Shown: one piece after another, positions 37,998-51,532 of the stretch
Layout of the letters: the number at the start of each line of letters is the position of its first letter
Position numbering within the stretch: the first letter of the stretch is position 1
Assembly (NCBI RefSeq): GCF_006345805.1
Contig: NC_043006.1
Coordinates: 68,510,001-68,574,000 of the forward strand
Source of the DNA: Octopus sinensis
Lineage: Eukaryota
Reading direction: 5' to 3'
Length of the DNA: 64,000 bases
The notes under the pieces: model-generated
What the model was told of the DNA's origin: nothing
The model's database searches: none
Seen by the model: the letters and a program-made list of their open reading frames with translations, nothing else
Translations under genes and position numbers: made by a program

Positions 37998-39150
37998 ATC
38001 AACATCATCATCATCATTTAACATCCGCTTTCCAATGCTAGCATGAGTTGGACGATCTGACTGAGGACTGGCGAACCAGATGGCTGCACTGGGCTCCAAT
38101 CTTGATCTGGCAGAGTTTCTACAGCTGGATGCCCTTCCTAACGCCAACCACTCCGAGAGTGTAGTGGGTGATTTTATGTGCCACTGGCATGAGGGCCAGT
38201 CAAGCGGTACTGGCAAAGGCTGCGAAAAAATCGTGTTTATTTTACATGTCACCTGCACACCGGCACAAGTGCCAGTAAGGCAACGCTGGTAACGATCACA
38301 CTCGAATGGTGCTTTTTATGTGCCCCCGGCACGAATGCCCGTTACCGCTCTGGCAACGATCACGCTCGGATTGTGCTCCTAGTGCTCCACTAGCATGGAT
38401 GCCAGTCACTGAATTTGATTTCAATTTCACTTGCCTCAACAGGTCTTCACAATATATATATATATATGTATGTATATATATATGTATAAATAAATATGAA
38501 TATGTATACATATATATGTATGTGTGTGTGCATATATATATATATAATATATATATATATATGTATGCATGTATATATATATATATGTATGTATGTATGT
38601 ATATATCAACATCATCATCATCATTTAACATCCGCTTTCCAATGCTAGCATGAGTTGGACGATCTGACTGAGGACTGGCGAACCAGATGGCTGCACTGGG
38701 CTCCAATCTTGATCTGGCAGAGTTTCTACAGCTGGATGCCCTTCCTAACGCCAACCACTCCGAGAGTGTAGTGGGTGATTTTATGTGCCACTGGCATGAG
38801 GGCCAGTCAAGCGGTACTGGCAAAGGCTGCGAAAAAATCGTGTTTATTTTACATGTCACCTGCACACCGGCACAAGTGCCAGTAAGGCAACGCTGGTAAC
38901 GATCACACTCGAATGGTGCTTTTTATGTGCCCCCGGCACGAATGCCCGTTACCCGCTCTGGCAACGATCACGCTCGGATTGTGCTCCTAGTGCTCCACTA
39001 GCATGGATGCCAGTCACTGAATTTGATTTCAATTTCACTTGCCTCAACAGGTCTTCACAATATATATATATATATATGTATGTATATATATATGTATAAA
39101 TAAATATGAATATGTATACATATATATGTATGTGTGTGTGCATATATATA
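37998..39150 (-). repeat. tandem duplication of a ~607-bp unit (family C copy plus microsatellite)
   Basis: 37998-38450 and 38605-39058 look identical except TTACCG versus TTACCCG. Confidence 0.93.
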
Positions 39151-39387
39151 TATATATATACACATATATAATATACACATATATACAAATATATGCATAC
39201 ATATACACACACATATACATATATACACATATACATACAAATATGTATACACATACACACACAGATTGTGGGTAAGGAAAACATCCAAGCATTGTCCACT
39301 TAAAGCCCATTTGCTTATTCCAGTATTACGATCCAGTATGTACTTGTCATCATCATACTGATTTGAGGTATGTATTCCTTACTACTC

Positions 39388-39587
39388 TAGGAACAAGGCC
39401 TGAAATTTTTGGGGGTAGGGGCCAGTCGATTAGATTGACTCCAGTATGCAACTAGTACATAATTTATCGACCCCAAAAGAATGAAAGGCAAAGTTGACCT
39501 TGGTGGAATTTGAACTCAGAATATAAAGATGAAATACTGCTAAGCATTTTGCTCCATGTGCTAACGTTTCTGTCAGCTCTCCGCCTT
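39388..39587 (-). mobile_element. SINE family B
   Basis: GAAAGGCAAAGTTGACCTTGGTGGAATTTGAACTCAGAA. Confidence 0.88.
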
Positions 39588-40535
39588 TGAGGTACATATT
39601 AGAGTTGTAAATTGTTGGCAGAGTTATATAACAAAATAGGAATATGGAAAATTTTTAATAGCAACAAAATATTTTCTATATTCCTCTTTTGCTCTCTCTC
39701 TCTCTCTCTGTCTCTGTCTATATATATATATATATGTAGTGTCCACAGGGGATATGAGATAGAGAGACAGACATAACTTTGATATCAATCACACATAAAT
39801 AATATGTGACTGATATTCCAGTATTCCTGAAATATACACACAATTATATTGAAACATAACAACCATATAACGCTTTACTCTCACAATTATACATAAACAC
39901 ACAATTATATAAATATAAACTTTAATAACCATACAAGCCATTACATACACTGTAATAGCCTCCAAATTACTTAGAGTTCACGTTTTGTGGATTTGAACAG
40001 ATTTGAGCTAAATCTCTCATAGGATATAACACTGGTCTATTACAGTTAACATTCACCAGATGATCTGGTTGTATTTAGAATACACTGTTTTGTCAAGAAA
40101 CAAAATGAAACATATAGTGGGTTTGAACTGGTGTGACTTACTGGGAGGAGGCAGAGCAGTAAGTTATTTGTTTGACTATTGGGATTCGACAGACACACGT
40201 CTTGTCTAGAATAGGGAGGGAGGGGGAACAATTATTTCCATTCTTTCAGCTTACAGTAAATGAGTGGGTTGTCTCCCTTGCAGAGGTAACTGAGCGGCAG
40301 CACACACACACACACACACCCTGTAGTGACTCCTGCATGCATGCAATGCATATCTCGTAAGAAATATACAAAATGAATACAAATAAATTTGATTTTAATA
40401 CAAATCTTCCATTTTCATCAAAGAAACCTCAGGAAAGAACTTACACACATGACTATATGCATTCTACTTCAGTTACATGTCTTTAACATTGCATATGTTG
40501 ACTTTAAGTACCTGGTGTCCCTGAAGTATGAGTGT

Positions 40536-40572
<37 letters not shown>

Positions 40573-41235
40573 TAAAGTCTCCCTCATGTTGGCATGTTCA
40601 TTGATTTAAAGAGGGAGAAAAAAATTATTCTGACATGCCAAGTGCTGATGAATCTAATTTAAATGAAAACCTAGAAAGTATACAATAAGATACTTTTACA
40701 TGGAATGTGGCATAAAGGAATCCAAACATTTCAGCAAATCTAATAGTACTACTAATAATAATGATAGAATTAAAGAGGCATATATTTAAGCTGGATGTGA
40801 CCTGAGACGTTTGCAGGTTTCAATGTACTTAATCACATTTCCACAATCTTGTGAATCAGCAGATCCCAACTGTTTTTGGCACTACCGACTGGTTTCATGT
40901 AAGACAATTTTTTCTGCTGACTGGAAGATGTGTGGTGTTGGTCCTGCACATATACTATGGACAAGGAAATGCATAATATATGACTTAATTATTATATATA
41001 AAATACATATATTTTATATACACTGCAAAACACCCTGCAGACTGTGTTGGTCAATAAAAAAAGAGAAAAATTTCTAAAATTTCTTCTGTCTGTGCAGTCC
41101 AATACCAAATGATCTATGGCCGAATACTGGTCTGTAGCCTGGTGGTTGTGGACTCCTTCTGTAGAGTAATTACTTAACTCTTTTGTCACTATATTTCTAT
41201 TGAGATGCTCTATTTCTTTCAATTAATTTTAAATA

Positions 41236-41480
41236 TAGGGTGCTCAAAAAGTCTCTCAGCAGTAAGTATATTATTGCAAAGTAAATATTTATAAGATAGT
41301 ATAAAACTGCAAAAGATTATATTAGACTTTACAAGACTTTAAAAAACTTTATAAGTGGTGGTGAAAGTGTTGTCCTTCATTTTCAATACATAAGTTGACT
41401 CTTCTGCACATATTTTGAAATACATCTTGGAGAATCAAGATGAAAAAACTTCACTGCAGAGAGACTTTCTGAACACCCTG
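41236..41480. mobile_element. Tc1/mariner-like MITE
   Basis: AGGGTGCTCAAAAAGTCTCTCAGCAGT ... ACTGCAGAGAGACTTTCTGAACACCCTG|TA. Confidence 0.8.
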
Positions 41481-42112
41481 TATAACAAAGAATTTAGTAA
41501 AATAACTTAGTTATCATTAAGCTAGTGTTAAAAACATAAAGTGTGACTAAGGTTTGTCAGAAGATTTTAATTTAGAACATTTGAAAACAAGACATTTGTA
41601 CTAGAGACCCAGAGGTGGTTTCAGCTGGGTTAGTATCAAAAGAGTTAAATCTCAAACACTCTTTTCACTCAACTAATTCTATAATTAATTAATATTTTTC
41701 AGGGATAATCTAGTGTGATTTGGAAAGGTATGATGTAACACAGTTTGTGTGTAAGATAACACCAATGGTGTGAAGTGATACAGAATAGTTCAAGGTGACA
41801 TAGTATGATGTAATAATGTAGCATAGAATGGTTTATGACATTACAGAATAGCACAAGGTAATACATTTCAGTACAACTTCCATACATAGATTGTGTAAGG
41901 TGCCACATTGGTTTAAAACACTAGTTCTCAAGCTATGTGTCACAGAACACTATTGTACTGTAGAACAATACTATACCACAAAACACTGCTGTACCTTTAG
42001 GAATATCTGTGTACTGTGGATTTTTAATGCCCTAGAAAATTTTTCTTAATGCATGAACATATTGACAAAAACATGTCATTCACAATTTTTCTTATATACA
42101 TGTTTGTATATA

Positions 42113-42562
42113 CAGGTCATCGTCAACTTATGACCACATTTAGTTCCAACTGACTGGTCATAAGTTGGTCTATAGGCCTACATAGCTTTGTTTTATATTT
42201 TTACATTCTTAAGGTACATTCTCAGGTAAAAGTCACACACAATATTTTATATTATACTATTATACAGGTGTTAGCCCAAAATTTCCAAGTCTCAAGCAGT
42301 CGTCTTATAAACAAATACAAGGTTACCTCAATATCTCTGCAACAGGATATTCATCCAACAGTTGAGAAAACCACTGTGGTGATTGATTACCAAACCTAGG
42401 GGAAGCATTTGTTAGCTAACATAATCTGTAGATGAGTAAATTTCTAAGAAATTAAAGCCATTACATTTCACTGGACTATTTACTATTGCTGACAGGAACT
42501 GGTGCACCAATCATTATAGAGTCGGTTATAAGTTGTATAGGTCACAAGTCAACGATGACCTG
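42113..42562. mobile_element. Tigger/pogo-like MITE
   Basis: TA|CAGGTCATCGTCAACTTATGACC ... GGTCACAAGTCAACGATGACCTG|TA. Confidence 0.85.
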
Positions 42563-42659
42563 TATATCAACTAGCAGGACTGTGTCACAAATTAAGGGAA
42601 TATGAAAAGAGGGAGGTCATGACATCTGCAAGAGATCATAGCAGATTATTACTTCCACC

Positions 42660-43008
42660 TGTCTAGCCCAGACCCCTTTGATTACTATCTATGGACCCCT
42701 TTGATTGCTATTCTAGTCTAGTGGAACCTCCATAGTCATTTGATGTTTAAAAACTAGTTTTATAGAAACTTCTTTCAAAATTCCTATTTTGTTTTTCACG
42801 TTATCTTTGATAGTTTGAATTGTGGAAAAAATAGAGAAAGAAACCTATTTTTTGCAATACATACTAATACACACATCTAAAGTAAAGTTTTTTCAGGAGT
42901 CCTTAAAATACTATTGAGAATCTTTAATTTATTATTTTTCTGCGTGGACTCCCCAAAAATCTTACATGGATCCCCTGGGGCCAAATAGGCCATGGTTGAG
43001 AACCACTG
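42660..43008. mobile_element. hAT-like MITE
   Basis: Ends GGTTGAGAACCACTG; homologous to 50758-51072. Confidence 0.8.
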
Positions 43009-43616
43009 GTCAAGCCAATCAACAGTACTCGAAAACTTCTATGACTTGGGTACTACCTGACATAAAAGGGACAGACTGAAGATCACTTGGTGATGGACAT
43101 TTCACAATGATCTGCCAGACAGCCAATACTATATGGATTGGATTTGCAAGTGTAACAGCCAACAGAACCAAGTAGAGGAAGCTTGCTGCCCAATGCGCTG
43201 AGCAGTGCAGGAAGAGCTAAAATATAATTAATAAAACAAGGAAAGCAATGGTTTTCTATATTTTTCTACATTTTAAAAGCAAATTTTATTTAAAGCAATT
43301 GTATTTTTTTAACTTTCTATGTAGGCCAGTAATTTAGTGTTTGATCTGTAATGTAATATAAAGTCAAACATATTAAGAACACAGATCAAAGATGACACAA
43401 AGAGTGTAATGTTACTGTGCAGCATGATTAAGAATGACGCAAAATGGATGAGGGAGTTGTTGTTGTTTAGCCATAGGCTAACTAATTGCACAAGCCTTTC
43501 AACTATAATCATTCTTTTTCTGAAATACAGCAAACCCACCATATTACTAGTCTTTTTTTTGGGGGGGGGGGGGAGATTTGGTTGCTATTTCCAGCAGGTT
43601 CATCAACCATATAGAG

Positions 43617-44021
43617 AAGTGGTTCTCAACTCAGGTCCATGTAAGATTTTGTTGTTGAAGTTTATCTGCCATAAATTTGTTATACTTCTACAATTCACAA
43701 AATATTTTAATAATTTTTTAAAATACAATTCCTGATAATAATTGATTATAAAAATATAATATCATCATCATCATCATCGTTTAACGTCCGCTTTCCATGC
43801 TAGCATGGGTTGGACGGTTCAACTGGGGTCTGGGAAGCCCGAAGACTGCACCAGGCCAGTCAGATCTGGCAGTTTTTCTACAGCTGGATGCCCTTCCTAA
43901 TGCCATAATATGATTTTTTAAACACTGAATAGCTGTAGGGGCCCATCTGGAAAAAAATAAAACAACAGGAGGTAAAGGGGTCCATAGGTAAAAAAAAAAA
44001 AAAAATGTTTGAGAAACACTG
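43617..44021. mobile_element. hAT-like MITE with nested family C copy (43761-43905)
   Basis: AAGTGGTTCTCAAC ... TTTGAGAAACACTG; flanks ATATAGAG / ACATGGAG. Confidence 0.78.
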
Positions 44022-44471
44022 ACATGGAGGTTCCTTCATTAACTTGGAATGGAATTAGATGACATGGAATGGGGTGAGGCAATACCAAATAGTGAGTTTA
44101 CATAGATTGCCCCAAAGTGGCATTGACATTTAGAAAACACAGATTTTTAAATTTTATTTTATTCCCTAAATCAAAATTATCCAAAAATCTCCATGGCCAT
44201 TTTTAAAAAATAGTTTTGCTTTCCAACTTTGATCATGGCTCTTCTCAGTCAAGGTTGACTTGGAGCTAAATAACAACCTCTGCTGCTCTCTCACTCAATC
44301 ACATTACAGAGTTCAGAATAGTTATAACATATGCAATGGATCTAATCTAAAGCAAGCAGATGGTTTATCATAATGCAATCCTATTGCTGCTCATGGTAAC
44401 AATGATGATGCTCTGTATAATATAGATGCAACATGTATGTGTGTGTGTGTCTCTCTCTCTCTCCCTTTCTT

Positions 44472-44508
<37 letters not shown>

Positions 44509-44721
44509 TTCTCTTTCTCACTATCATACAAGCAGTGGCTTTTATTTCCAGTATTCTGCAAGAACATGTCTGGTCAGAGGAAAATATTAACTTACAGGGA
44601 AAACAGGTGAGGGTTGGGAACAAAAGGGGGTATGTGGTTGGAAAAAAATCTGCCTCAAATAAACTCCATCCAATCAATGCAACCATGAAAAAGTGGACAT
44701 TATATGATGATGAAGATGATG

Positions 44722-44872
44722 AGTGACCAGTCAATACATAACAGTAACCAGTCAATGTATAACAGTGACCAGTTAATATATAACTGATTGGTCTATATAA
44801 CTGTTAATAGTGTATCAAATAATAGTGACCAGTCAACTGTGAAGTAACTAGTCAATATATAATAGTGGTCAG
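44722..44872. repeat. ~21-bp minisatellite
   Basis: AGTGACCAGTCAATATATAAC units. Confidence 0.85.
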
Positions 44873-46261
44873 CCAACATCGACTGAGAGTGGTTCAATGT
44901 TGTAAGCAATGCATGACACACTATGTACCATGTCTGGAGTTATATGGGATGAGTTTGTCCACTAGATTTTGTTATGTGGTAGATTTAACATGTAATTCAA
45001 GTTTAACCTCACAACCTGGTCCTTTACTGCTGCAAACAATTAAATTAGAGCCCTATTACAGTCCTCACATATATCTTAAGCACACTGAACTGAAGATGTC
45101 AAAATCGACTGAACATAAGCCACATCAATCATGCTAATCTGGGTGTATCCCCTGCAAGCATCAAGGACCCTGCTCCACATCCCTTCACTTATTTAATATG
45201 AAAGCCTTTAATAAATTTGAGAAAAAAAAAAATCAAAATAAATGAGACGCCTGGACTTGCAGCTCCTACTGATCATTACTACGCTTTTCCCTAAAGGTGA
45301 GTAACCATGTAGCTTCTCTATAAGAATCTGCTTGCTCTTTCTTCCTCCTTTACTCTGGACCCTCATTTCCTCAAATAAATGCTGTTCCTCACTAGTTAGT
45401 GATCTTATTTCTTTAATGCCCTCAAGGGGCTAAACATAGAAGGGACAAACAAGGACAGACAAAGAGATTAAGTTGATTACATTGACCCCAGTGCGTAACT
45501 GGTACTTAATTTATCGACCCCGAAAGGATGAAAGGCAAAGTCGACCTCAGATCTTACTAACTCACTAGAGCTAGTGGAACAAAAAAAAAAAAAAGAAAAG
45601 AAAGCACCCAGTACACTCTGTAGAGTGGTTGGCATTAGGATAAGTATCCAACTGGAGAAACCAGGCTGCAGACGCTGGAGCATGATGCAATCCTTGGACC
45701 CATTGAATCCTGTCAAATAATCCAACCGATGCCAGCATGGAACATGGATGTTAAATAATGATGAGGGTGATATGCTCATGAAGGATGGTGCCTTGGTGAA
45801 TATTGTGCAGCATTACATGTATGTTACTCCATTATAGGCGACATAATCAGGAGGCACTGCCACCTATCTTTCAGATAATTCTGAATCAAAGTGGGAAAAT
45901 TTATCACTCTCGTACTGCTAGAAATAGTAGCCAAATCCCCATCAAAATTTTCTATACTGTTTTACAAAACAGGAAGGATACATTCAGTAATGTATTTTAG
46001 ATATGCCATATCTAGTAAAATACTGTATGATCACAGCTGGAACATCTGTTCTTTTTTTATATATGTTAAGTTTGATCAGAACTGATCTGTAACTACAAAA
46101 AAAGCACAATAGCAAGAATTACTTAAAGTGGAATTAGATGTTTAGGGGAATTACATGTTGAGAGAGAGAGAAGAAAGAGAGGGGAGAGAGAGAAAAAGAG
46201 AGAAAGGAAAGGGAGGGAGGGAGAGAGGAGAGAGAAGGGAGAGAGGGAGAGACCCATAAAA

Positions 46262-46475
46262 ATATTTACAGAGATAACTCCTTAATAACTCATTATATAA
46301 AGGTCATACAAAATAGATACAGACCACCTAACTATAAGGATATCCCTTAATAACTCAAAATAAAAAGTTCTGATAAATAAAGAACTCCTATTTATAGAGG
46401 TAACCCATCAATAATTTATGCAGAAGTCTCGTCAGAGACCCCCTATCTACAAAGGTAACTCCCTAATAACTCACA
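46262..46475. repeat. degenerate ~55-65-bp tandem array (4 units) with hairpin-forming spacers
   Basis: TATYTAYARAGGTAACTCCYTAATAACTC repeated with intervening stem-loops. Confidence 0.7.
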
Positions 46476-46709
46476 GAAGTTGATGCTATTTAATCCTGGG
46501 ATAGGTCCGAGTGAACAGAACTGAGCAAAGATGCCCCAGCTTGGATCATACTATAATTTTCATAAAGACATCTTAGTTTGGTTTGAAAGAGATTTGGGTG
46601 CTATTTCTAACAGGTTGATTGGCCATGTTGATGCTACCTCATGGCTAATAAAGGTAGGAGCCAAAGTTTGTGAAATGACATAAAATACAAAAATAATAAA
46701 ACAACCTAC

Positions 46710-46907
46710 CGTAGTGTAGATGGTACTGATGGTGGTGGTACAGAGAGTACCAATTGTGGTACATTGCTCTATCACAGTGGTTGTCATTCCTGATCGACGA
46801 AAGGGCAATTTCTCCCGGCCCCAATTTCGGAGGAGCTGGATTTTCCTCGAGGGTTTGTCTGTGCTCAGTATAATCTTCAGCATCTTGCTTGCTAGAGATC
46901 ACTGCCA
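46710..46907 (-). CDS. candidate symmetric phase-1 exon (198 nt)
   Basis: CTCTGTACTCTTTAG| ... ACG|GTAGGT; one frame open end to end (AVISSKQDAEDYTEHRQTLEENPAPPKLGPGEIALSSIRNDNHCDRAMYHNWYSLYHHHQYHLHY); CpG-rich. Confidence 0.35.
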
Positions 46908-47495
46908 CTAAAGAGTACAGAGTGTAAGCCAGGTAGGAGCTGACCAAATTAACAATTAGCAGACCACTGATGAATACTGAAAAGTACTTGGGATGACATC
47001 TAGGAGAAGGACCAAGGTATAGCCACATTGCCAATTGCACATTGAAACTTCCTCTTCTAGCAGAAATTTATACCCACTTTCAATTTATTCTGGATTCTTC
47101 TGGAGATTTCCACTTTCTGTTTGGAAATATAGTTACAGTTTTAAGGATCTGTACGTCAGCTCTAGAGGGAGCTGCCTGTTACCACAAGATGTTTACCACT
47201 TCTCAGGAGGAGCAAGGGTGATGAAAGGTAAAGTGAAAATGTGGTGACTTCAACAATGTCCAGTTAGATTAAATTGGTGAATTGATACAGATTTCAGTAA
47301 CAATTGTAAATGGAATGTTCTTTAATAGTAAGAATCTCTTGAACACAATGTACAGGAGTTCGAACCTGGGTATCAATTATGCTCTTATTCTCTCCAACAC
47401 AACATACACGGTTTCAAACGTTATGTTTTCAACATTGATTATATCCAATATATTCCAGTTATTTTCTCAATTATCACAAGATATTTATATATACA

Positions 47496-47528
<33 letters not shown>

Positions 47529-49326
47529 AAGAGTCTATCTCCTTTCACTTATAAACAGTCACTGGCTCTATTTTGGCAAGCTACATTTACATTTTCTGAT
47601 AATTTGAAAATTTCACAAAAGTTTGTTTGATGCTGTCTTTCTTACAGTATTGAAAGTGAGAAGGAAGTGATAAAAATATACAAACGTAAGTTTCAGTTCA
47701 AAGAAAGATAATTTAGGTTATTTCTTTGAAAAACAGCAAAAGAAAGAAATATAGGTGAGTGGTAAAATAGAATAAAGAATAGATAAAATTTGTAGGTGGA
47801 AATGAAATACTGAGAATAGCTTTACAGAACTAAGTCACTTGTTAATATTTTCACTGAATTTGTTTGTGGGTAGGATTGTAGTTGTTTTTGTTGTCATATT
47901 CCTAGAAAGTGGAGAATAATAGGCTTAAAGGAGATAAAGAAAGAATAAATAGTTTAACAACGAGCCAAACAGGCTGCAGAGGAGCAAGTGTGAAGTAGAT
48001 ATGGTTAAATGACAACAGGGGAAAATGTCAAACACCTTACAAAATATGATGTACTTGATACAGCCAGTTCCAAATTTTGTTTGATTAAAAGTTTATAATG
48101 AACAAGGAGTAACGAATATCAATTGAAAAAAAAATTATCCCTCTACACTCACAGTTCAGTCCTTATATTTAACAAATAGATTTAAAAGGTAAAATCTAAA
48201 ATCGAAACATCAGGATAAGGACTAAACTGAGTTGAATATTAAAGTATAGATATACATGTAGAGGGAGCAATCTGGAATGACTCTAAGTATATCTATGTGT
48301 GCATGTGTGTATAATTCCGATTTCAGGTTCTGGGAGATCTCCACACTAAATCTGATATAATTTGATGCTGTTGTTGTTATTATTATACTGTAAATATTGA
48401 TAATAATTGTAAATTATATAAATTATTTAACAAATTCCATTGAAGTCACAGAAAACAGGTGAAGTCATCAAAAAATTCCAGTGAAGATAAATAGAAATAT
48501 CCAAATATATAATGAAAAATCATGTAATATATAATAATAATAATATGTTGTATATGTATAGATATATATGTATAGATATATATGTATAGTTATATATGTA
48601 TATGTGCACGTTTTTAAGTTTTTGGGTATATTGGCTTTTCTTTTGTTTTTTTTCTTTAAGGAATTAAAAGTACATTGATTGTTTGTTTGTTTTGTTATTA
48701 GGCCAGCTGAGAAGAGGTGGACAAGGTGGCGTTGTGATGGTATTAGAGGGTTCCTCCTAGATCCTCCTGGCTGCATGCACGTCTGGTAACGTTGGCAGCC
48801 ACCAACAAACTAATATGGTTGATATTCACTTGTGAAGAAGGGCAGCAGATATAAGTGGATATGAGATGGGGGAGGGGCAGAGAGAGAGAGAGAGAGACAG
48901 ACAGAGAGAGACTACAGGTAGAAATGAAAAGAAAAAGGAAGACAAGGAATGTGGGGTGAGTAGGAGGAAAACTAGAAGAAAAAGGAAAAGATGAGAGAGA
49001 GAGATAAGGAAGGAGAGAGAGAGATGAAGGAAATGAGGTGAAAAAGAAGAAAGGAGTCAGAGAGAAAGGAAGTTAAGAATTTATACATCAAACACCCATA
49101 CACACACATACATACACATGTACACACAGTCCACACAGTCAATTGCACAAATTTTCAGGTAATTACCTGGCAGTTCCCTCACTACACCACCAGCACCTAT
49201 CCCATCACCCTCTACCACTCCTCCTTGCTGAGTTGCTGTTGATGATGATGGTGGTGGTGGTGGTGGTTGCAGCAGTGACAGTGATGATGGAGCTATGAAA
49301 GCATTCTGGTAGGAGAGGAAGGGAGG

Positions 49327-49363
<37 letters not shown>

Positions 49364-49453
49364 TACAGCTGGCATTCCATCATCCAAGAAAGGTAACAAG
49401 CATTACAGAGATTGTGATGAAGCTCATCCTGTTTCTCTTACTCTCTGTTTATG

Positions 49454-49503
<50 letters not shown>

Positions 49504-50019
49504 GTATATATGTATATCTACATACATGTATGTATGTATATATGTATATCTACATACACACACACAGGTAGCAGCAGTCCTCATGTTCAAGAACTGTCTC
49601 TTTCTCACACACACTCCTGACAACAATAACAGCATCAACAACAGTTGTAGTTTGGTTGCTATAACAAAGGTATCATTAGGGAAGAGGGTGGCCCCTTTTT
49701 CTAAACAACATTCCCTAGTTTCTATCCCCACCTCTCCCTTAAGCTACTTCTATACCTTCATTCCAATAAACCTCACAATCCAGCAGACATCCCAGCTTTT
49801 ACACACCAGGGTTGTTGTTGTTGTTTTGGGGATGGCAAAGGGGGAGAAATTGATATGCAAACAATGTTTTGGGGTAAATACTGGGGTTCACAGAAAGAAG
49901 AGAATATAGGCAAAGAGGAAGAGGGATAGCTATCCAGCCAACCAGTAACTTTCTCCCCTCAAATATTGGAAAGTCAGATGAAAAAAAAAAAAAAATAGAT
50001 ATTAGCTTTCTTCCCCAGG

Positions 50020-50275
50020 TGAAAAATAGGGGTTGCTAAAGATTTTCCCTGCCATGATCTTTCTTCTCTCTAGCAAGAAATAGGGGTCACTAAAAATCTT
50101 CATTACAATGACCTCTCTACTCTCTTGTAAAAAATTAGGGTAACTAAAGATCTCCACTACCATGATCTCTACCCTCTGGTGAGAAATAGGGGTCACTAAA
50201 GACCTCCCCTACCATCATCACTCTACTTTTAGTTAGAAATGAGGGTTACTAACGATCACTTCCTCTATCATTGGT
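50020..50275. repeat. ~54-bp minisatellite (5 units)
   Basis: GAAATAGGGGTCACTAAAGATCTCCCCTACCATGATCTCT units. Confidence 0.9.
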
Positions 50276-50460
50276 GATGTAAATCGCATCTCTCTCTCAC
50301 CACACACACATAAGCACTGAGATGTACTTCTGCTTCCCCAACTCCCAGCTCTCCATGTGATTATGTTGATGATGATGACAAGCCTTGTTTAACTATCTTC
50401 TATTTAAATCACACCAGAATGTTATCGAGTTCCAGTAACCAAAGGCCTGATACCTTTTAA

Positions 50461-50651
50461 CCCTTTAGAATTCAGATTAGTTTGTCAAATGTATTGCTTT
50501 TTTATTCGCATTGTTTTGAATTAACCATGCATTATCTTGTAGCTTTGAGATTTCGATTATGGTATTGTTTACTAGACTGTATTTGGCTAATTTGAATATA
50601 AAACAAATAAGAATATTTTGGTTGGATATGGCTGGTTGAAATGCCAAAGGG
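50461..50651. mobile_element. piggyBac-like MITE
   Basis: TTAA|CCCTTT ... AAAGGG|TTAA. Confidence 0.88.
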
Positions 50652-50757
50652 TTAAACATGCTTTTGCCAACTTCTCAGGACTGACTGACTGACTGACCAC
50701 TAACCCACACTCAACAGTTGTTACATGGAACCTTTCTCTCCTCTCTATCTTCTAAAG

Positions 50758-51072
50758 CAAGGCTTCTCAGCATTTTTTTGCCTTTTGACCCCTTTGATTA
50801 CTATTTTATTCTGGTGAACCCCTATAGCCATTCAATGTTTAAAAACTAGCTTTATAGATACTTCTTTCAAAATTCCTATTTTGTTTTTCACACATTAACT
50901 TGTGTAGGTTGAACTATGTAAAATGTCAGAGAAAACAAACCTCATTTTTTGCAATACATACCAATACATACATCTAAAGCAAAATTTTTTCAGGGACCCT
51001 TAAAATACTATTGTCAATCCCTAATTTACTGTTTTGTTACGTGGACCCCCAAAAATCTTATATGAATCACTG
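50758..51072. mobile_element. hAT-like MITE
   Basis: 8-bp TSD TTCTAAAG / TCCTAAAG; homologous to 42660-43008. Confidence 0.82.
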
Positions 51073-51496
51073 TCCTAAAGGCTTGTTTGAATATTTCCTC
51101 AACCTGCATGAAATAGCAGCCAAATATCACTCAAATCATACGCTATAATGTAGTTCTAGGTATAATATTGCTGAAAAAAAAATGGAATGGTTAGAGTTGG
51201 AATGCTGTTAACCAGAATCCACTGAATCAGGGTTGATTAGGTCAGAGACCAAGGGTTTAAACAACAGCAGTGACATTAGGTGATCAAACATGGGTCATAT
51301 GTTTGCAGTATGTTGTAGATGATGTTGCTGTCAACACAATAGAGCCAATTTGTATTATAAATACCTAAGAGACTCACTAATTCAAAAGGAAATAATACAA
51401 AGTGCTCCCTCTCAAACTGAACATTGATTATAACAGTATCCTGAAACAGTAGTAGTAGCAGCAGCAGCAATAATAATAATGATAATGATAATGATG

Positions 51497-51531
<35 letters not shown>

Positions 51532-51532
<1 letters not shown>

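Noticed and set aside
46424-46440. CTGACGA on the minus strand as a further hammerhead
   Set aside because: No downstream stem II-GAAA
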